Shown: positions 31,901-44,005 of the stretch, piece after piece | Layout: each line of letters starts with the position of its first letter | Position numbering within the stretch: position 1 is the stretch's first letter | Source: Coniocarpon cinnabarinum | Taxonomy: Eukaryota | DNA: 64,000 nt | Direction: 5' to 3' | Assembly (NCBI GenBank): GCA_051942205.1 | Contig: JAVECO010000045.1 | Span: forward strand, 62,001 to 126,000 | Translations under genes and position numbers: made by a program | Notes under the pieces: model-generated | Databases searched by the model: none | What the model was told of the DNA's origin: nothing | The model's input: only the letters and a program-made list of their open reading frames with translations

Positions 31901-32739
31901 GGTCGTTGTCTTGAGGATTTAAGATTCGGCTTGCCTGCAAGGGCTGGAAACTCCACGGGGAGTAAGGCGTCAATGTCATCATCGTGGACGCCCTCATCCT
32001 CCCCGTCCTCGATCGCGTCACCGTCAACGGCTGTCCCATTGACGTTGATCCTGTCATCAGTACTCTCCACATCCTCCACAACCTCTTCACCGACAATGCC
32101 CTCTACCGTCTGTTCTCGCTCCCCCTTCTTTTTCCTCTCCATAAACCCTCTTGGCATCCCAGGCGCCATGGTCAACAGTCCTCCTTCCCTTACATCTACA
32201 ACCCTCTTCAACCCCTTCCCTCCCCTTCTTCGAGCGGATGGTCGCTCATCCTCAAGGACCCTCCCCTCCACCTCCGCCACTTGCTCAATGTCCTCAAGCC
32301 CTCCAGGCGTGAAGGGCATAAATCCACTGCCACCTCTGACAAACTCCGCGCGGCCCGCTGCCTTCCGCAACATGCTCGTTGAGTTCTTCGCATTGGCCGC
32401 CGCCGCGGGGACAGTGACTTCATTGTATCCCGTCACGCGGCCCTCCAGGCCAGAACGAGTAAAGCGGGTGACGGTGCGAGACTGAGTTGGAGCAAGCGCA
32501 AGGAGGTCGGTGGTGGGTGTAGAAATGGGAAAGCGGCATTGAAGACGAGCAAGCCATTCGGGGGAGAAAGTGGATAACGGAGTAAGGAAGTTGGATGTAA
32601 GTGTGTCTTTTGGGGATACTTTACGACGTTTGTAAGGGACCGAGCGGTTGAGCAGGTCGTCAATAGTCCAGTCGGACGCCTTTTCTGAGAGGTCGAGGTC
32701 GGCGAGATCGTTACTTACGTGATCGACTTCATCAGCCAT
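28918..32739 (-). CDS. SKI2: Ski2 RNA helicase (exosome cofactor, antiviral), intronless
   Basis: AHTSAGKT, DEVHY, LLSAT, QMAGRAGRRG and a DSHCT C-terminus (EGTIVRVI..RRDIMAVASLY). Confidence 0.96.
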   Translation of the reverse strand: MADEVDHVSNDLADLDLSEKASDWTIDDLLNRSVPYKRRKVSPKDTLTSNFLTPLSTFSPEWLARLQCRFPISTPTTDLLALAPTQSRTVTRFTRSGLEGRVTGYNEVTVPAAAANAKNSTSMLRKAAGRAEFVRGGSGFMPFTPGGLEDIEQVAEVEGRVLEDERPSARRRGGKGLKRVVDVREGGLLTMAPGMPRGFMERKKKGEREQTVEGIVGEEVVEDVESTDDRINVNGTAVDGDAIEDGEDEGVHDDDIDALLPVEFPALAGKPNLKSSRQRPGKEWAHSIDVNKPFANFHELVPEMARTWPFELDTFQKEAVYHLESNESVFVAAHTSAGKTVVAEYAIALAQKHMTKAIYTSPIKALSNQKFRDFQGVFEDVGILTGDVQIRPEASCLIMTTEILRSMLYRGADLIRDVEYVIFDEVHYVNDLERGVVWEEVIIMLPEHVTLILLSATVPNTYEFASWVGRTKKKDIYVISTPKRPVPLQHYLWAGKGMHLIVDSEKKFVEKGWKEANDVLSGRDKIKAAEAKQAAQNQGGRGQAQNQRGQRGSGQRGSQQQQRGRGQPATRGQGNIARTGRGGGRTTAAQDRTLWVGLVNHLRKEDLLPTCIFVFSKKRCEENADAMSNLDFCDAKEKSAIHMILEKSLARLSQEDRKLPQIRRLREMLSRGIAVHHGGLLPIVKEVVEILFARTLVKVLFATETFAMGLNLPTRTVVFSGYRKHDGRQFRDLLPGEYTQMAGRAGRRGLDPVGSVIIVAPGAEEAPPAATLRNTMLGDPTKLRSQFRLTYNMILNLLRVEALKIEEMIKRSFSENAAQALLPEHEKAVKLSEADLDKIKREPCNICDKDIEECHQASMDYRRLTSDLHLALLSSPIGRRMFMPRRAVVYQKDNVRMAGVLLREGITHIAAPSVQVLELAHNEASRSSSDILPYISSFRHFFSPLPRKRSELRLRAASIPLTDLEAITTTSIKTDPTLLLNLDRDPPQAAMDELLALASSWTDSAWDEVDLSKIKDLAIRELFNARSSASRAAEFATCLTCPDFLKHFTQRHDEWLIRENIHTLKQLMSDQNLQLLPDYEQRVAVLRDLGFVDDDARVELKGKVACEIHGADELVLTELILENVLADFEPPEICALLSCFVFQEKTDVEPTLTPALERGKDIVVKISEKVNHYQTVHQVILAADDSNDFVSRPRFGLMEVVHEWARGMSFAAITDLTDVLEGTIVRVIGRLEETCREVRNAARIVGDPVLFQKMEACGECVRRDIMAVASLYM

Positions 32740-33094
32740 TTTTGTTTTTGCGGTGCTCAGTTTTGTGACTTTTCTGCAGCTGAGTATGGTCGTGAGATCA
32801 TATCAATGATTAGGAATAAAGAGGTAAATGCTGAGGTTAAGTAATATTAAGGCGAAGTTCGCAAGAATAATGAAGGAAGGAATGTTCTCTTGCACATCCT
32901 ACCTTTGCCATTTCTTGCACAATGATGCGTGCAAAAGAGGCTAGCGTGGATCTCGGTTAGTGATTTACCGAGACCACCTTTATCGTCAATTGACCTCATT
33001 GCCAACGTCTCACGTCTCCATTGCGCGCATTAGAAGACAGTGGACCTTTCTCAGAATCGAGGAACCAACTTCTCGCTGATCACAATTGTAAATT

Positions 33095-33517
33095 ATGCCT
33101 CTCTTCGGTCGCAACCCCTTTCCGCGTAGTGCACCCGCCCTCACCGATACCCAACCCGCAACCCTCACGATCTTCAACAAACTCGCAATTCTTTATCGTC
33201 GACACTTAGCAAAACATCCTTTCGCGCTCTTCGGCTTGCCCTTTGTCTTCACCATCGTCTCCGGCTCTTTCTTTCTCACACCCGCCACCGCCGTCCGCTA
33301 CGAGCGCTTCGACCGCAAGACGCATATGCTCGACAAGAGCGAGGTCGAGGACCTGGAGAAGCAGAAGAAGCGCGAGAAGCTGCGTGGTGGATTCAAGCAG
33401 AGGGACATTAGGGAAGAATATTATAAGTTGGCGGGACAATCAGACCGGTTGGACACGTGGGAGCCGGTGAGGGTGAAGCGGTTGGAGGGGGAGCCTGATG
33501 GGGTGTTTGACGAGTGA
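33095..33517 (+). CDS. COX16: Cytochrome c oxidase assembly protein Cox16
   Basis: KHPFALFGLPF..IVSGSFFLTPATAVRYERFD, DIREEYYKL and WEPVRVKRLEGEPDG. Confidence 0.9.
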   Translation: MPLFGRNPFPRSAPALTDTQPATLTIFNKLAILYRRHLAKHPFALFGLPFVFTIVSGSFFLTPATAVRYERFDRKTHMLDKSEVEDLEKQKKREKLRGGFKQRDIREEYYKLAGQSDRLDTWEPVRVKRLEGEPDGVFDE

Positions 33518-34619
33518 GGGCGATCCGGGAGACGATGCTGTACCAGTGTTTTTTGAGCATACATCATCACAGACCGCGACTGGTTATCTGCATCCGTGAG
33601 AACGCCTCAACCCATGTTCTAGGAAAGAGGATGGAAGGGCAATAAGATGGCAAAGATCACGAGGCGACCTTGTTGAATCGATACGCTCAGCTGCTTGACG
33701 CTGAAACCGATAATGTCTATCATATAGGCCGACAAGTCTCTTCGAGGATGTCAAACGAACATTCAGTGCGGTGAATAACAACATCAACCGAGCACAGAAG
33801 CTTCACCAATGTATCATTTTTTGAAATGTATTGGTCCAGCTTAGACGCTGCAAGAGAAACGTCAAAGAAAGATAACAGCGACGTTCGAGGAAAAGAGTAC
33901 AAGGCTTGTGATGTGAGTCATGGCCTGAAAGTGCGCAAGTCCAAGCGATGAGCCCACACATGAGGGACAATTAGACGTCAAAAGCTGCAAGCACGACGGC
34001 GAAAGCCTCTAACGCCAATGGTCATGATGAAAAGTCATTGCTGGATGGGTGTCTAGACAGCGAGCCTCTACGATGAGAAAATTTCAGGTCACAGAGCTGT
34101 GAGTATGATGGCGAAAGCCTTCAGAAGCTCACAAGACATTGAATTATGAAACGGGGCGTGCTCTCCTGCAAAGCCATCGCGCCTCCTCAATCTAAAGCTG
34201 CGCCAGTTCCAGTGCTGCACCCTGCCTCACTCACCGCCAATCTTGCTACAACAACCATTTCCCGCTCCTCAGCAACTTCCTTCCTTTCTTTCCCTCCAAC
34301 ACTTATCTGACCAAACCAACCATCCGTCATCGTCATGGCAAGCATTGTAAAATCGTCAGACATTTGCACGTACGAAGTCCTCCTTGGTGTCGCGCCACAC
34401 ATTACACGCAAAGCGTTCCAAGAGTCCAAGAGTTCGCCCAAAATTCCTCGCTCGGCGTTCATCCCTGCAGGGACGAGACCGTGCTCGTGTAAAAAGGCAC
34501 CAGTAAGTAGCATTACTACACCCATCAGTCAATCAACAACAGCCGTACTCAACGTCAATCCTGCCATCGAATTTGTGAATCCGCGGCGAACGTGACAATA
34601 CTAATGATGGAGATCCCCG

Positions 34620-35270
34620 CTTCCGGCGTATGCTCGAAGCCGAGCACGACGGGCTAATCGCCGACGACGCGCCTCCTCAAATCCAAGGGGGAAAGCGCAA
34701 GCGCACTGCAAGAACCCGTCCCCTCACGTGCGCTTCTCAATCCTCGCAGTCCCAAGCGGACGTAGGACCAGTGCCGTCGAAAAAACGCGAACGCTTTGGA
34801 AGCGCAATGAATCCTTTGCGAATGCTCAGGCACCAGCCATGTCGCCTGCAGCTGATGCAATCTCCGAGGTGTCAAAACCCCCTCCCATGGGCAGAGCAAA
34901 AGCCCAAACCCAAAGCATCGAGGCCGAAAACTGAGACGCCGATGCACTGCCCGAGGAAATGGTTCCTCCCACTGTCTTGGGGGCAACAGACAGCTTCAAG
35001 TAAGAGATTGAAGCAGGAGCTGGGATTTTGCTGTCACAGATAAAGCAGGGAGACGACGGTTAAAGCAATGCTGATGTCGTTGTAGATGCTGTAGTTGCTA
35101 TTTTGTCTGAAAAAAAGGCTTATGAGCTCACCGAGAACAAGCTGCACCGAGATCAGGTCGCATACATTCTGAACGTGTCTCGATCAAATCATGTGAGCGC
35201 GAATGCACACAGTGTTTCTTGAAACAATTGACTCAAGAGTCTGGACTTTCGACAAAGTCTTGAAAAATGA
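34620..35270 (+). pseudogene. Possible gene relic with several in-frame stops
   Basis: One frame reads as protein-like text (EIEAGAGILLSQIKQ..VVVDAVVAILSEKKAYEL..QVAYILN) broken by TGA 34932, TAA 35001, TAA 35061 and TGA 35220. Confidence 0.3.
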
Positions 35271-35462
35271 AGCCAACAGCGTGACATTTATGCTGTGGCG
35301 ATTGAGTCATGATTTTCATTGTAAATCTTGGACTCTCACGTCAAGACCGTGCTCAAGCAAGCAAGCACCGAGATAGTCTTTACATAGACACAATCTTGAA
35401 TCTGATTGTCTACTCTGCTATTGCACTTCATCTGCATATTCTCATCCGCGTGACCTGCTCCA

Positions 35463-36533
35463 TCACCATTTGATCTTCGGCTCCTCTTTGGATTCCTTGA
35501 AATTCTCCTTGAGATTCTCCTTGAGGTTTTTCTGCAGGTTCTCCTTTTGCGCGTCAACGTCGGCACCTGCCTTGCCACCTGTCTTCCCACCTTTCTGAGC
35601 CGACTTCTGATTCTCTTTATTCTTGTTCGCCTTGCCCTTGTGAGCCACGATCTCAGTCTTCAACTCTCGATTCGCCTTTTTGTGCGGCTCAGGCGCTATG
35701 AGTCCATTAGCAATCATCCACACACGTCATCCACGCAATTCCTCCCCAACACCATCCACATTAAAGAACAATCCATGCATTGTAAGAACGCTCACCTTTC
35801 TCATTCTCCTGCACATAAAATCGTCGCAACAGCATAATCGCCTCCTCCTTGAACAAGCCCCCATAAACGGGATACGCCGGATTCACGCTCGGATCAGAGT
35901 GCACATTAAGTACACCGCCTGTACCGCCAAAGCGCTCGTTCGCACAACCGAAATAAACAGCGTGGATTTGAAATTGGCGGAGCAGGGCGGCACACATGAT
36001 GCAGGGTTCGACGGTGACGTAGAGGTCGCATTCCTGCAGGAAGGATGCAGGCTTTGACTCGAGCAGTTGGCGGATGGCGATGAATTCGCAGTGGGCGGTT
36101 CCCTGTACTCTACGTCAAAGGTGTGGCTCAGAGGCAGGCGTTGGTTGGGACTGCTATTGGTGGATGCACAGAAGAGAAGCACATGACTTCTTCGACTTGG
36201 TAGAAATGGCGCCCTGGTCAATTGGGCACAGCTGGATGCTTACATTCAAAGAGCGATTCGTATCATTCATGCCACGTCCTACGACTTCGCCATTATGCAC
36301 GAAGACACAGCCCACAGGCGTTTCGTCGCTTCGAAGTGCAAGTTCAGCCTGCATCTCGTGTCAGTCCTTTTAATACCCTCGGCGTGCTAACAAAAGACTT
36401 TTCTTGAAGGCTTGCTCGCATTTCTTGTCTCGAATATTTAACCGCTTTGCAAAGAACCGGGGCGGCTTACCATGCCGATGGCCTCTCGCATGAAGTTTTC
36501 ATGGTACTCGCGATCTTCGATATGAGCATCCAT
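35463..36533 (-). CDS. TAD2: tRNA-specific adenosine-34 deaminase catalytic subunit Tad2; exons 36533-36471, 36348-36244, 36102-35796, 35695-35463
   Basis: FMREAI..ETPVGCVFV..GMNDTNRSLNGTAHCE..LYVTVEPCIMCA..YFGCANERFGGTGGV..LRRFYVQENEKAP. All three introns are GT-AG. Confidence 0.92.
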
Positions 36534-36921
36534 GATGTCTACCAATCCCGGCTTGTCGTTGTTGACGGCTTTCAAGTTGCAGTTTCGTCACCTGTTGTCT
36601 GTTCTCTCGACTGCTTCGCGACGCTCAAAAGCACACCGCAGCGCAGAACACCCTGCTGTAGCAAAGGGCGGAAAGGGACAATGATCACAATGATGAAAGC
36701 AAAGCGGAGACATGATTATGACCTCAATCTTGGGTTCAAGTGAGACGGAAGGTTCAAGCGGTGAGGTGATGGGTGGAAGGCAGGAGCAAGTCCAAGCAGG
36801 ATTTGCGGTGCGCAGATGAACTTCACCGTAACGTGACTTTCCTCTTTGGGTAGCCAGATTTGCCGCAAGCAAATCTATCACGTCCAGGTACATATAATAC
36901 ATATGGTACATCCTATTATCG

Positions 36922-39900
36922 TCATGTCTCGCCAGTGTCAGTGCCAGCGTCAAGTGGAATAAAGCCCGAGTCTTCATCATCATCCCCATCCACCCCGCCG
37001 TCTGCCTCAATAGCCTCATCCTCTTCTTCTTCGTCACCACCAGCGTACACCTGTTGCTCTATCCGTGGAAGCTGCCCGCCTTCCTCGCGCAAAGCTTTGA
37101 CTTTTGCTTGCGTCATCTGGAACACGTATTGGCCCAGATGTTCCACGCTGTCCATCTCGCTTGGCTCTGCTTCGTCGTCTGCTTGCCGCTCAGTGGGAAA
37201 CATCTCGCCGGTCACAAGCTGCAAATTGTCTTCACGCTGGAAGAGCAGCTCAAATGCTGGTCTTAGTTCAGGACATGACTCGAAGACTGATCGACGGCCG
37301 AAGATGTAAAGACCAAGACGCGCTCGAGATAATGCCACGGTCAAACGGCGGATGTCGCGCAAGTAGCCTGTTCGTGCGGTGCGGACGAGAGAGAGTAGGA
37401 TATCTACACATTTGTTAGCTTGGTATGGGCACAGAAGGACGGCTTTTCACTTACAGTCGTTCTGCTCTCCCTGATACTTGTCCACTGTACTCACTGTCCG
37501 CGGCAACCCAAATAGTCGATTGTTCTTGCAACGATGACCAAGCACGTCTCGAATGAGCGCGCGCTGCCCCGCATACATTGTTAAGATGCTAATCTTCCTA
37601 GCTGGATATCCAAGCAAGCGCATGTATTGATATAAAGCAACGATGTACTCGGCTTCGCCTAAGTTTTGAATGAAGTGCGAAGATGGTTGAGATTCGCCCT
37701 TGCCTTTGTAGTCCGGTACATCAACAAATTGATAGTCATATCGGAGACCAGCATTTGCGTGTTGGAACTCGGTCTGATCAAGCACGTGCGGCAGACTCCC
37801 CATTTGTGGATAGCGCCATTTATACAACTCCGCGATAGACTCACGGGCACGTCCTTGCTTGTCGAGTAAAATATGTGGCACCCCAAGCCTCACCAGCCGA
37901 AGAAACATGGACTGCTCGAGGTTTGCAAAATGTCTGTAAGCGTAGTTTGAGATGATTGGCGAATTTTGAAGGTGATCACCGCAGAGCACGACCCGCTTGA
38001 GACCATGCTCAGTTGATTCGTTTGAGGCTTTCTGCATCGCAAGCGGAATGAAATTCTCCACTTCTGTGATTTGTGCCGCCTCCTCCATGATCACATTGTC
38101 ATATCGAAAGCCAAGGTCTGCGATCTCTTTTCGACGCATCGCTGCGTGCGTGGTGGTCATTGCCACAATACGAGCTTCTTTGACGAGTAAGTAATTCGAT
38201 TTCTCACGATCTCGTCTCAGGACTTCAAAAGGCTGAATGTCTTGAAGCTCAACAAACATCTTCTCAATGTGTCGATAACAGCCAGTCACGACTTCCATGG
38301 CTTGTTCTTTGCTCATGCCGAGAGAAAAAAGGGGTTGAGGCGTGTTCGAGAAGAAATCGTGGAAAGGAAAGCCTTGAACAATCTCGGTCGCGCTTTCGGC
38401 TTCTGCAACTGTTTCAAGGTAACGTTTCCAGATTGGCCGGACATAGACAGAGTTGAAGTACTCAGCAGTCTCACAAGAATTGCCATGTGCACCTGGAGCC
38501 CGGATGGAAAGAGCCAATCGATTCACATCTGCCAGCAGCCGTGAGCCGTGTGCAAGGAAGTTCTCAACACGACCTTGTTTGCCATAGCTGGATTCAAGTT
38601 GTAAATCTCTTTCACCTTGACCAAGTCGTAGTAGATGTCGCTCATCGATGTCAAGACGAGCAATCTTGGCGAATAGCTGGTTCAGAGCTTGGTTGCTGTG
38701 AGCCACAAGAAGCATGCGTTCATCTGGAAAGTTGTGATAGATGTTATTGATGATCTGGACAGCGACATCTGTTTTGCCAGTACCAGGTGGTCCAACGATG
38801 ACAGTCAAGCCGGGTTGCGTGCCAGATGTAATGGCTTCGACCTGCCTGGGAGTGAAGCGGACTTCATTGGGCTTGGCAGAATCACTGGGGTAGGGGCCCA
38901 TATTTCGAGGCTTGTATGTGGACACATTGATCGTCTCGGGAGCCTCTTCTTGCTCAAGCTCTTCTCGTCTTCTTTTCTTCGATGTTTTGAGAGGCTTCTG
39001 GTCTACTAGCTCTCCTTTGTCTGTCGCAGGATGAGAAGAAGCCGCAGATTCTTGAACCACCTGTTCGCTTTTCACACGCTTGTGACGAGGCTGCTTGGGA
39101 CTCTCGAGGTTAGAAGTTGTCTCAAGTACATAAGGAGGCTTGCTGATCTCCTCGCCATCCCCATCCACTTTAATGTCCTTATCCGGTAGTGCTTCACGCA
39201 GGTGGTCCCAATTAATAAACGTATCTCGAAAATCGAGCGTTTTCAATGCCGATGATAGATTCTTGTAGTTTGCACTCGTTGGATCGCCAAGTCCAAGAAA
39301 CACATCCAAAAACCACAAAGGGAGCGGCACATCAGAAATTGCAAGCCAGCGAATCGAGTCCAGCATGGACTTGAAGTTGTTTTCACGAGCTCCTCGCCTA
39401 ATCACAACATCCAAAGATTCATAAATGTATCCTTGGCCTTTCTGTTGATTGGACAGATCCTCGGCGTATGCAATGGCATCGAGTTTGACAATAAGTCTTC
39501 GTCTTCGAGGTCGTCGGGTCCATCCATTGACTTGCTGCTCAGTGTGCCGTAGCACGACTCCATTTTCATCAAGAACTTGTATCACTTCTGCTGATCGCAC
39601 GGCCGAAAAGGGTGCATGCTCCAGCGAAGATGATACGGTCGTCCCGTTTGTCTGTGGCTTTTGTTGCGGCCGTTTCGATGCCACAAGAAACACGGTATCA
39701 TCAGCTCGAAGTTCCTCCCATTCTCTTCTGACATGATCCGGCAAGCGAGAAACATCCAGCACGATCTCTGCTCGCACTTCAGCAGGAACGTCCTCGCCAA
39801 CACGTGGAGCAGTGACGCCAATGATACCGGGCTTGCTGACCCTCATAGCCATTCGAGAACCAACGGGTCGTTGACTCACGCCGCTTGCATCCCGCTTCGG

Positions 39901-41340
39901 AAACAAGCGTGTGACAGTTTCTTCCAAGTGAGTGCGAATCTCGTAGAAAGCTTCGTTACGGTAAAGAACGAATGACCGCCACAGGAAGTCAGCCGTTGCC
40001 AGGTATTGTAAGTTCAACTTAGGTATGGCAAGGGGATGCTCGCCATCATATACCTGATCTCGCTGCAGAGTTGGATCGTAAAGCAAACTTTCATTCGGAA
40101 GGACGCGAAGACTTTTTAATTCCTGTTGATATGTCGATTGCTTCTCATAGCTTGTAATTATGAGTTCCAGAATGAATTTGCGATCACATATCAAACTCGG
40201 TACGCTCGAATAGCTCGTCCGAATGCCGAGATACTGGGCCAGATGCTCGACTTCTGAGTCATCAAGGCCTTCCAAGTGGGACAATAGCTCTTGCCGTTGT
40301 TGAAGCGCGCCTTGGTTTGACAGTGCGAGTAGGTTCAATCTCTCCTTGAAGTGTTTCAGAGCTATCCTTTGCAGTTCAGAAATATGTGCTGAATGTAGGT
40401 CTGCTTCCTCTTTGGCGGACCGCAACCTCCCGCTATGATCATCAAGCGGAAATCTGATGTAATGTTGGAGCAGAGCTGTGAAATCTCTCATGAGACTACC
40501 TGCTTTCCCAACACATATTCGTGATTGTCTCAGAACGAGTAAGATGTTCATATCCTTCAACAACGTATTCACATACCGCCTTGTTGGGAATTGGCTCTCG
40601 ATGTCACAGAGGAACTCCATAAATCGCTCACAGTAGACTCGTGCATGTTCATCGGATTGTCCCGTCTTGCATGTCATCTCCAAGAAGTCAACAAGCAAGG
40701 AATAGAGCCAAGACCTTTCGTATCGCATTCGAATTTTGGCCGCCTCATCCGCATGCTTGAAACGCTTGGTCGAGCTGCGCCACGCCTTGTTGAACTGTAC
40801 ATTCTCTTCGAGGATCTTGTTGCGCACCACTTCGCTGTGAAGATTGATCCAAATTGATATTGACACAAGTGGAGCACACTCTTTTCGTATTAACCCATGC
40901 TCGAGAGATTGAAACGCTCCAATTGTGCAGATGAGGACATGTGTTCGGATGCGCAAGGACAATGATGTGTCGAGAAGCAGCGACAGTATTTGTCGGAAGA
41001 GTAGGGAGAACTCGTTCGGTCGGTCATCGAACAGACTCCATGTTGGCAGACCTTGCCAACGCTTCACGTTCAGCAGCAGGACGATGAGGAGAACGTGATA
41101 GTTGGAAGAGTCATCGTTGAAAGTCGGCCAAAGATACTGCTCCAAGCATTGCAGATTCTCAAGCAGATTTATGGATTCCGGCGGGAAGTCCTCTTTCTCG
41201 AGGCTGTCCCAGAGCTCATTCTTGACCACATTGGGTTGAGCTTTCTTATTGTTGCGGTTCAGCCAACATTTCTGCGCCACTTGGGTGAAGTGATTGTCGC
41301 CATGAATGTCTGTCTCCGACGGCTGGAGCGCATCATCCAT
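36922..41340 (-). CDS. AQR: Intron-binding spliceosomal helicase Aquarius/Cwf11; intron 37454-37404
   Basis: LAIPKLNLQYL, VGPPGTGKTDVAVQII, MEEAAQITEVENFIP, QNLGEAEY, TVDKYQGEQND and RRLTVALSRARLGLY. Confidence 0.95.
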
Positions 41341-42292
41341 GAGTGTAATATTTGACAAGGTATCAAGCTTCTGTTCAAGCTGATGAGCTTAATCTATAAC
41401 ACGAAACATTGAACGCGGTTTCAAGGTGTCACATTTCTACCAGGTACTACCTGGTGTCAGCATCACATGATCTCGCGGGTCAATCGCGTTTCACACCAAA
41501 GCTGAGACCGTTTCAGAGTGCACAGGTCGCAGAGAAAAGCCTTTGCTGGACACTACCTTTTATCAGCATAGCTGCGCCCCTTAGAAGTTTGAGGTAGCTT
41601 CAAAAACGATATAAACAACAGCATAAGTCCCTCGAGCTGTATAAAACACTATAGCCTTTGCCATAATGAATGTCATTCAATATGGCTCTGTAGGCATTAA
41701 CCCCTTTAGCTTAAGGTTCATTGGAATACTCAAGCTCCAGATATGACGGCGAAAAACTCACTTGCGCCTCACAAAGCGTCCGAAAGCGCTGTAGCACCTT
41801 GCCCAAGTCCCTCGCCACTCCATCCAAGCGAATCAGCATAAGGCCCAGGCGGTGTCCTCAGGTAACTATGCTCTTCTCAGAGCTAAGCGTGGCCTCCTGA
41901 AACACTGGACGACTCTCGCTCTGGTGAAAGTTCGTGAGAGCTACTCGACTCTCGTGACGGCTTCCCCAACCCATTTCTTTTTCCCTCGAAGCTCGACTGA
42001 CTCAATCAGCGCTGCCAAATAGCCAGTCGCGTAACCCTTGCTGAACGTGAATCTCTCGCGAAGATGCTGCGACATTGCGCAGGACTTGTATGCATCGTAT
42101 AGCAATCACCAGTGGTGGCTAGTATATCTAAGCCATGACATTGTCTCAAAGTCCTCGTCATAGCAATCACATCTATTGAGATGACCTCGATACCAGGACC
42201 TGGAATCCCTTTCAATGGATACTGTAAATGAGGAGTCGATAGAGTATAATTGACTTCACACGATGTGCTCATCTCAAGTCCAAATCTTGGTA

Positions 42293-43714
42293 TCAATCCC
42301 CTCCGTTCTTCAACATTGACTGAATCTGCTCGTACCGTGTAATGAAGCACTGCCGCCGCTTGTCATCGTTCCAGACAAGCACCCCCACTAGCCTTGCCTT
42401 TTCGACCACAGCGCTGTACTGCTGCTCGCTGGCAAAGTCTTTGAATAGATACCCACTCGTCACTTTCATACGGTCGCCCTCAATCTGCCACAGTCTGATC
42501 TGATCGACGACTGTTGGCGGTAGGGATGGCTGGCCCGTGGGTGCTTGATCTGAGCGATTGGAAGCCATGATCGGATGAGCATGGGCTGTGAGATATGAAA
42601 TGATTTGTTGGGCCGTGATACCTGACCTGATCGCGCCCTGGATCGAGTCTTTGGTCAGCTTACCAATGATCATGTTGGGCCACCTTGTTCGCAGGCTGGT
42701 GAATAAGGATAAGATGGCAATGCGCAAGTCGTCGTTGGTGTAAGCATAGATCCGATAATTAGTCTCGACGATGATGAACCCTTTAGAATCTGTAGAAGCT
42801 CCGCCAGCCAGTGCCAGTGTTCCTCCGAGCGAGCTCGTCACCGTATTCGAATCTGAGTTCAGCGTCGTGGCCAGTCGAGTGGGGTAAAACCGCGTTTCCA
42901 CCGTAGGATGCTTGTACACGATCCCGAGATCGTGCAAATCTTCCAAGGTCGCCCGCTGGCTCTCTGTAAGATTCTCGGTCGTGTAGCCCTTGCCCACTTC
43001 CAAACTACCAAGCGTGAACAGGAAACTGAGAATTTCTATATTGTCTTGACTTCTCGTCACGGAATCTTTCAGGTACACAATCAACAGACTCCAGATCTGC
43101 GTGTTGATGTCCCGCAGAAGGAATTCGAAACCGTCTTGTGTGATTATGGCAGTCTTTCCACGCGGTCGAACAAATCCACCTCGGTCGAGCAGCGATCTCA
43201 GTCCAAGTGCAATAGAGTCTCCTGATGAGGCGCCAGATTCGACACTGCCAACAACGAAGTACATGATGCTATCCCATTGTGTGCGTGCAAAGTCGTCCAA
43301 CGTCTTTTCAGTCACCGATGGGTCTTGCTTATTTGACGGCACGCCAAAGCTTCTATGATCGCCTCCTCCTGCTAGCGCACGACGTAAACTCGTCACAAAG
43401 GGATTTGCGAGACGAATTGTGTTCTTCTGCGTCTTTTCGTCCTTCGTGATGGACACCATGTCCATGAGCTGGAGCAGTCCCTGGGCTTTCTCTTTCTCCT
43501 CGCGGCTGTTCTGCTGAACCCACCTATCTAGGTTTTCGACGGGTAGAGATTGCGGCATATATAGCAAAGCCATCACGAAAGCTTTTGCAAGATGTGGCAG
43601 CATGCGTCGGAAAATTGCCAGCGCCGTGGAGGGCTGCTGATACAGTCTGCGTCTGTCATGGCGTGTGAGCGAGGAGAGGTAACCAAAGATGGAGTTGAGG
43701 GATGGGCTCGACAT
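42293..43714 (-). CDS. TFB2: TFIIH subunit Tfb2 (p52), intronless
   Basis: LYQQPSTALAIFRRMLP, ITQDGFEFLL, FYPTRLA, GFIIVETNYRIYAYT and LPPTVVDQIRLWQIE. Confidence 0.95.
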   Translation of the reverse strand: MSSPSLNSIFGYLSSLTRHDRRRLYQQPSTALAIFRRMLPHLAKAFVMALLYMPQSLPVENLDRWVQQNSREEKEKAQGLLQLMDMVSITKDEKTQKNTIRLANPFVTSLRRALAGGGDHRSFGVPSNKQDPSVTEKTLDDFARTQWDSIMYFVVGSVESGASSGDSIALGLRSLLDRGGFVRPRGKTAIITQDGFEFLLRDINTQIWSLLIVYLKDSVTRSQDNIEILSFLFTLGSLEVGKGYTTENLTESQRATLEDLHDLGIVYKHPTVETRFYPTRLATTLNSDSNTVTSSLGGTLALAGGASTDSKGFIIVETNYRIYAYTNDDLRIAILSLFTSLRTRWPNMIIGKLTKDSIQGAIRSGITAQQIISYLTAHAHPIMASNRSDQAPTGQPSLPPTVVDQIRLWQIEGDRMKVTSGYLFKDFASEQQYSAVVEKARLVGVLVWNDDKRRQCFITRYEQIQSMLKNGGD

Positions 43715-44005
43715 TGCGCTGGTATGAAGTGTTTGGGAGAAGTTAATGCCCAGAGCCCTGATATGCTATTTTCATGCTATCGTGGTATCATCACGCGTGG
43801 CGAGCTACACATTCAAGTGCGCTGAAGAGCAAAAGATTCCGAGTGCATAAGAGTCACAGCACCCTCAAGATTGATATACACGAGAATTACTCTAAGGGGA
43901 AATACATTCCCTGTATCTCCGGCAAATCTGAGGCACGCTTGAGGACCCTGAAACTTCCAGGCACTATTTATTCACGCCTCCATCTCGATCCCATCGCACC
44001 GTAAT

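Noticed and set aside
35490..35550. KENL-type short repeats at the Tad2 C-terminus
   Set aside because: Low-complexity tail expansion outside the catalytic domain.
35463..41340. Functional link between the TAD2/Aquarius genes and the intron-bearing tRNA
   Set aside because: Leu-CAA has C34 and is not a Tad2 substrate. The genes are ~20 kb away and are ordinary housekeeping loci, so co-location is probably chance.
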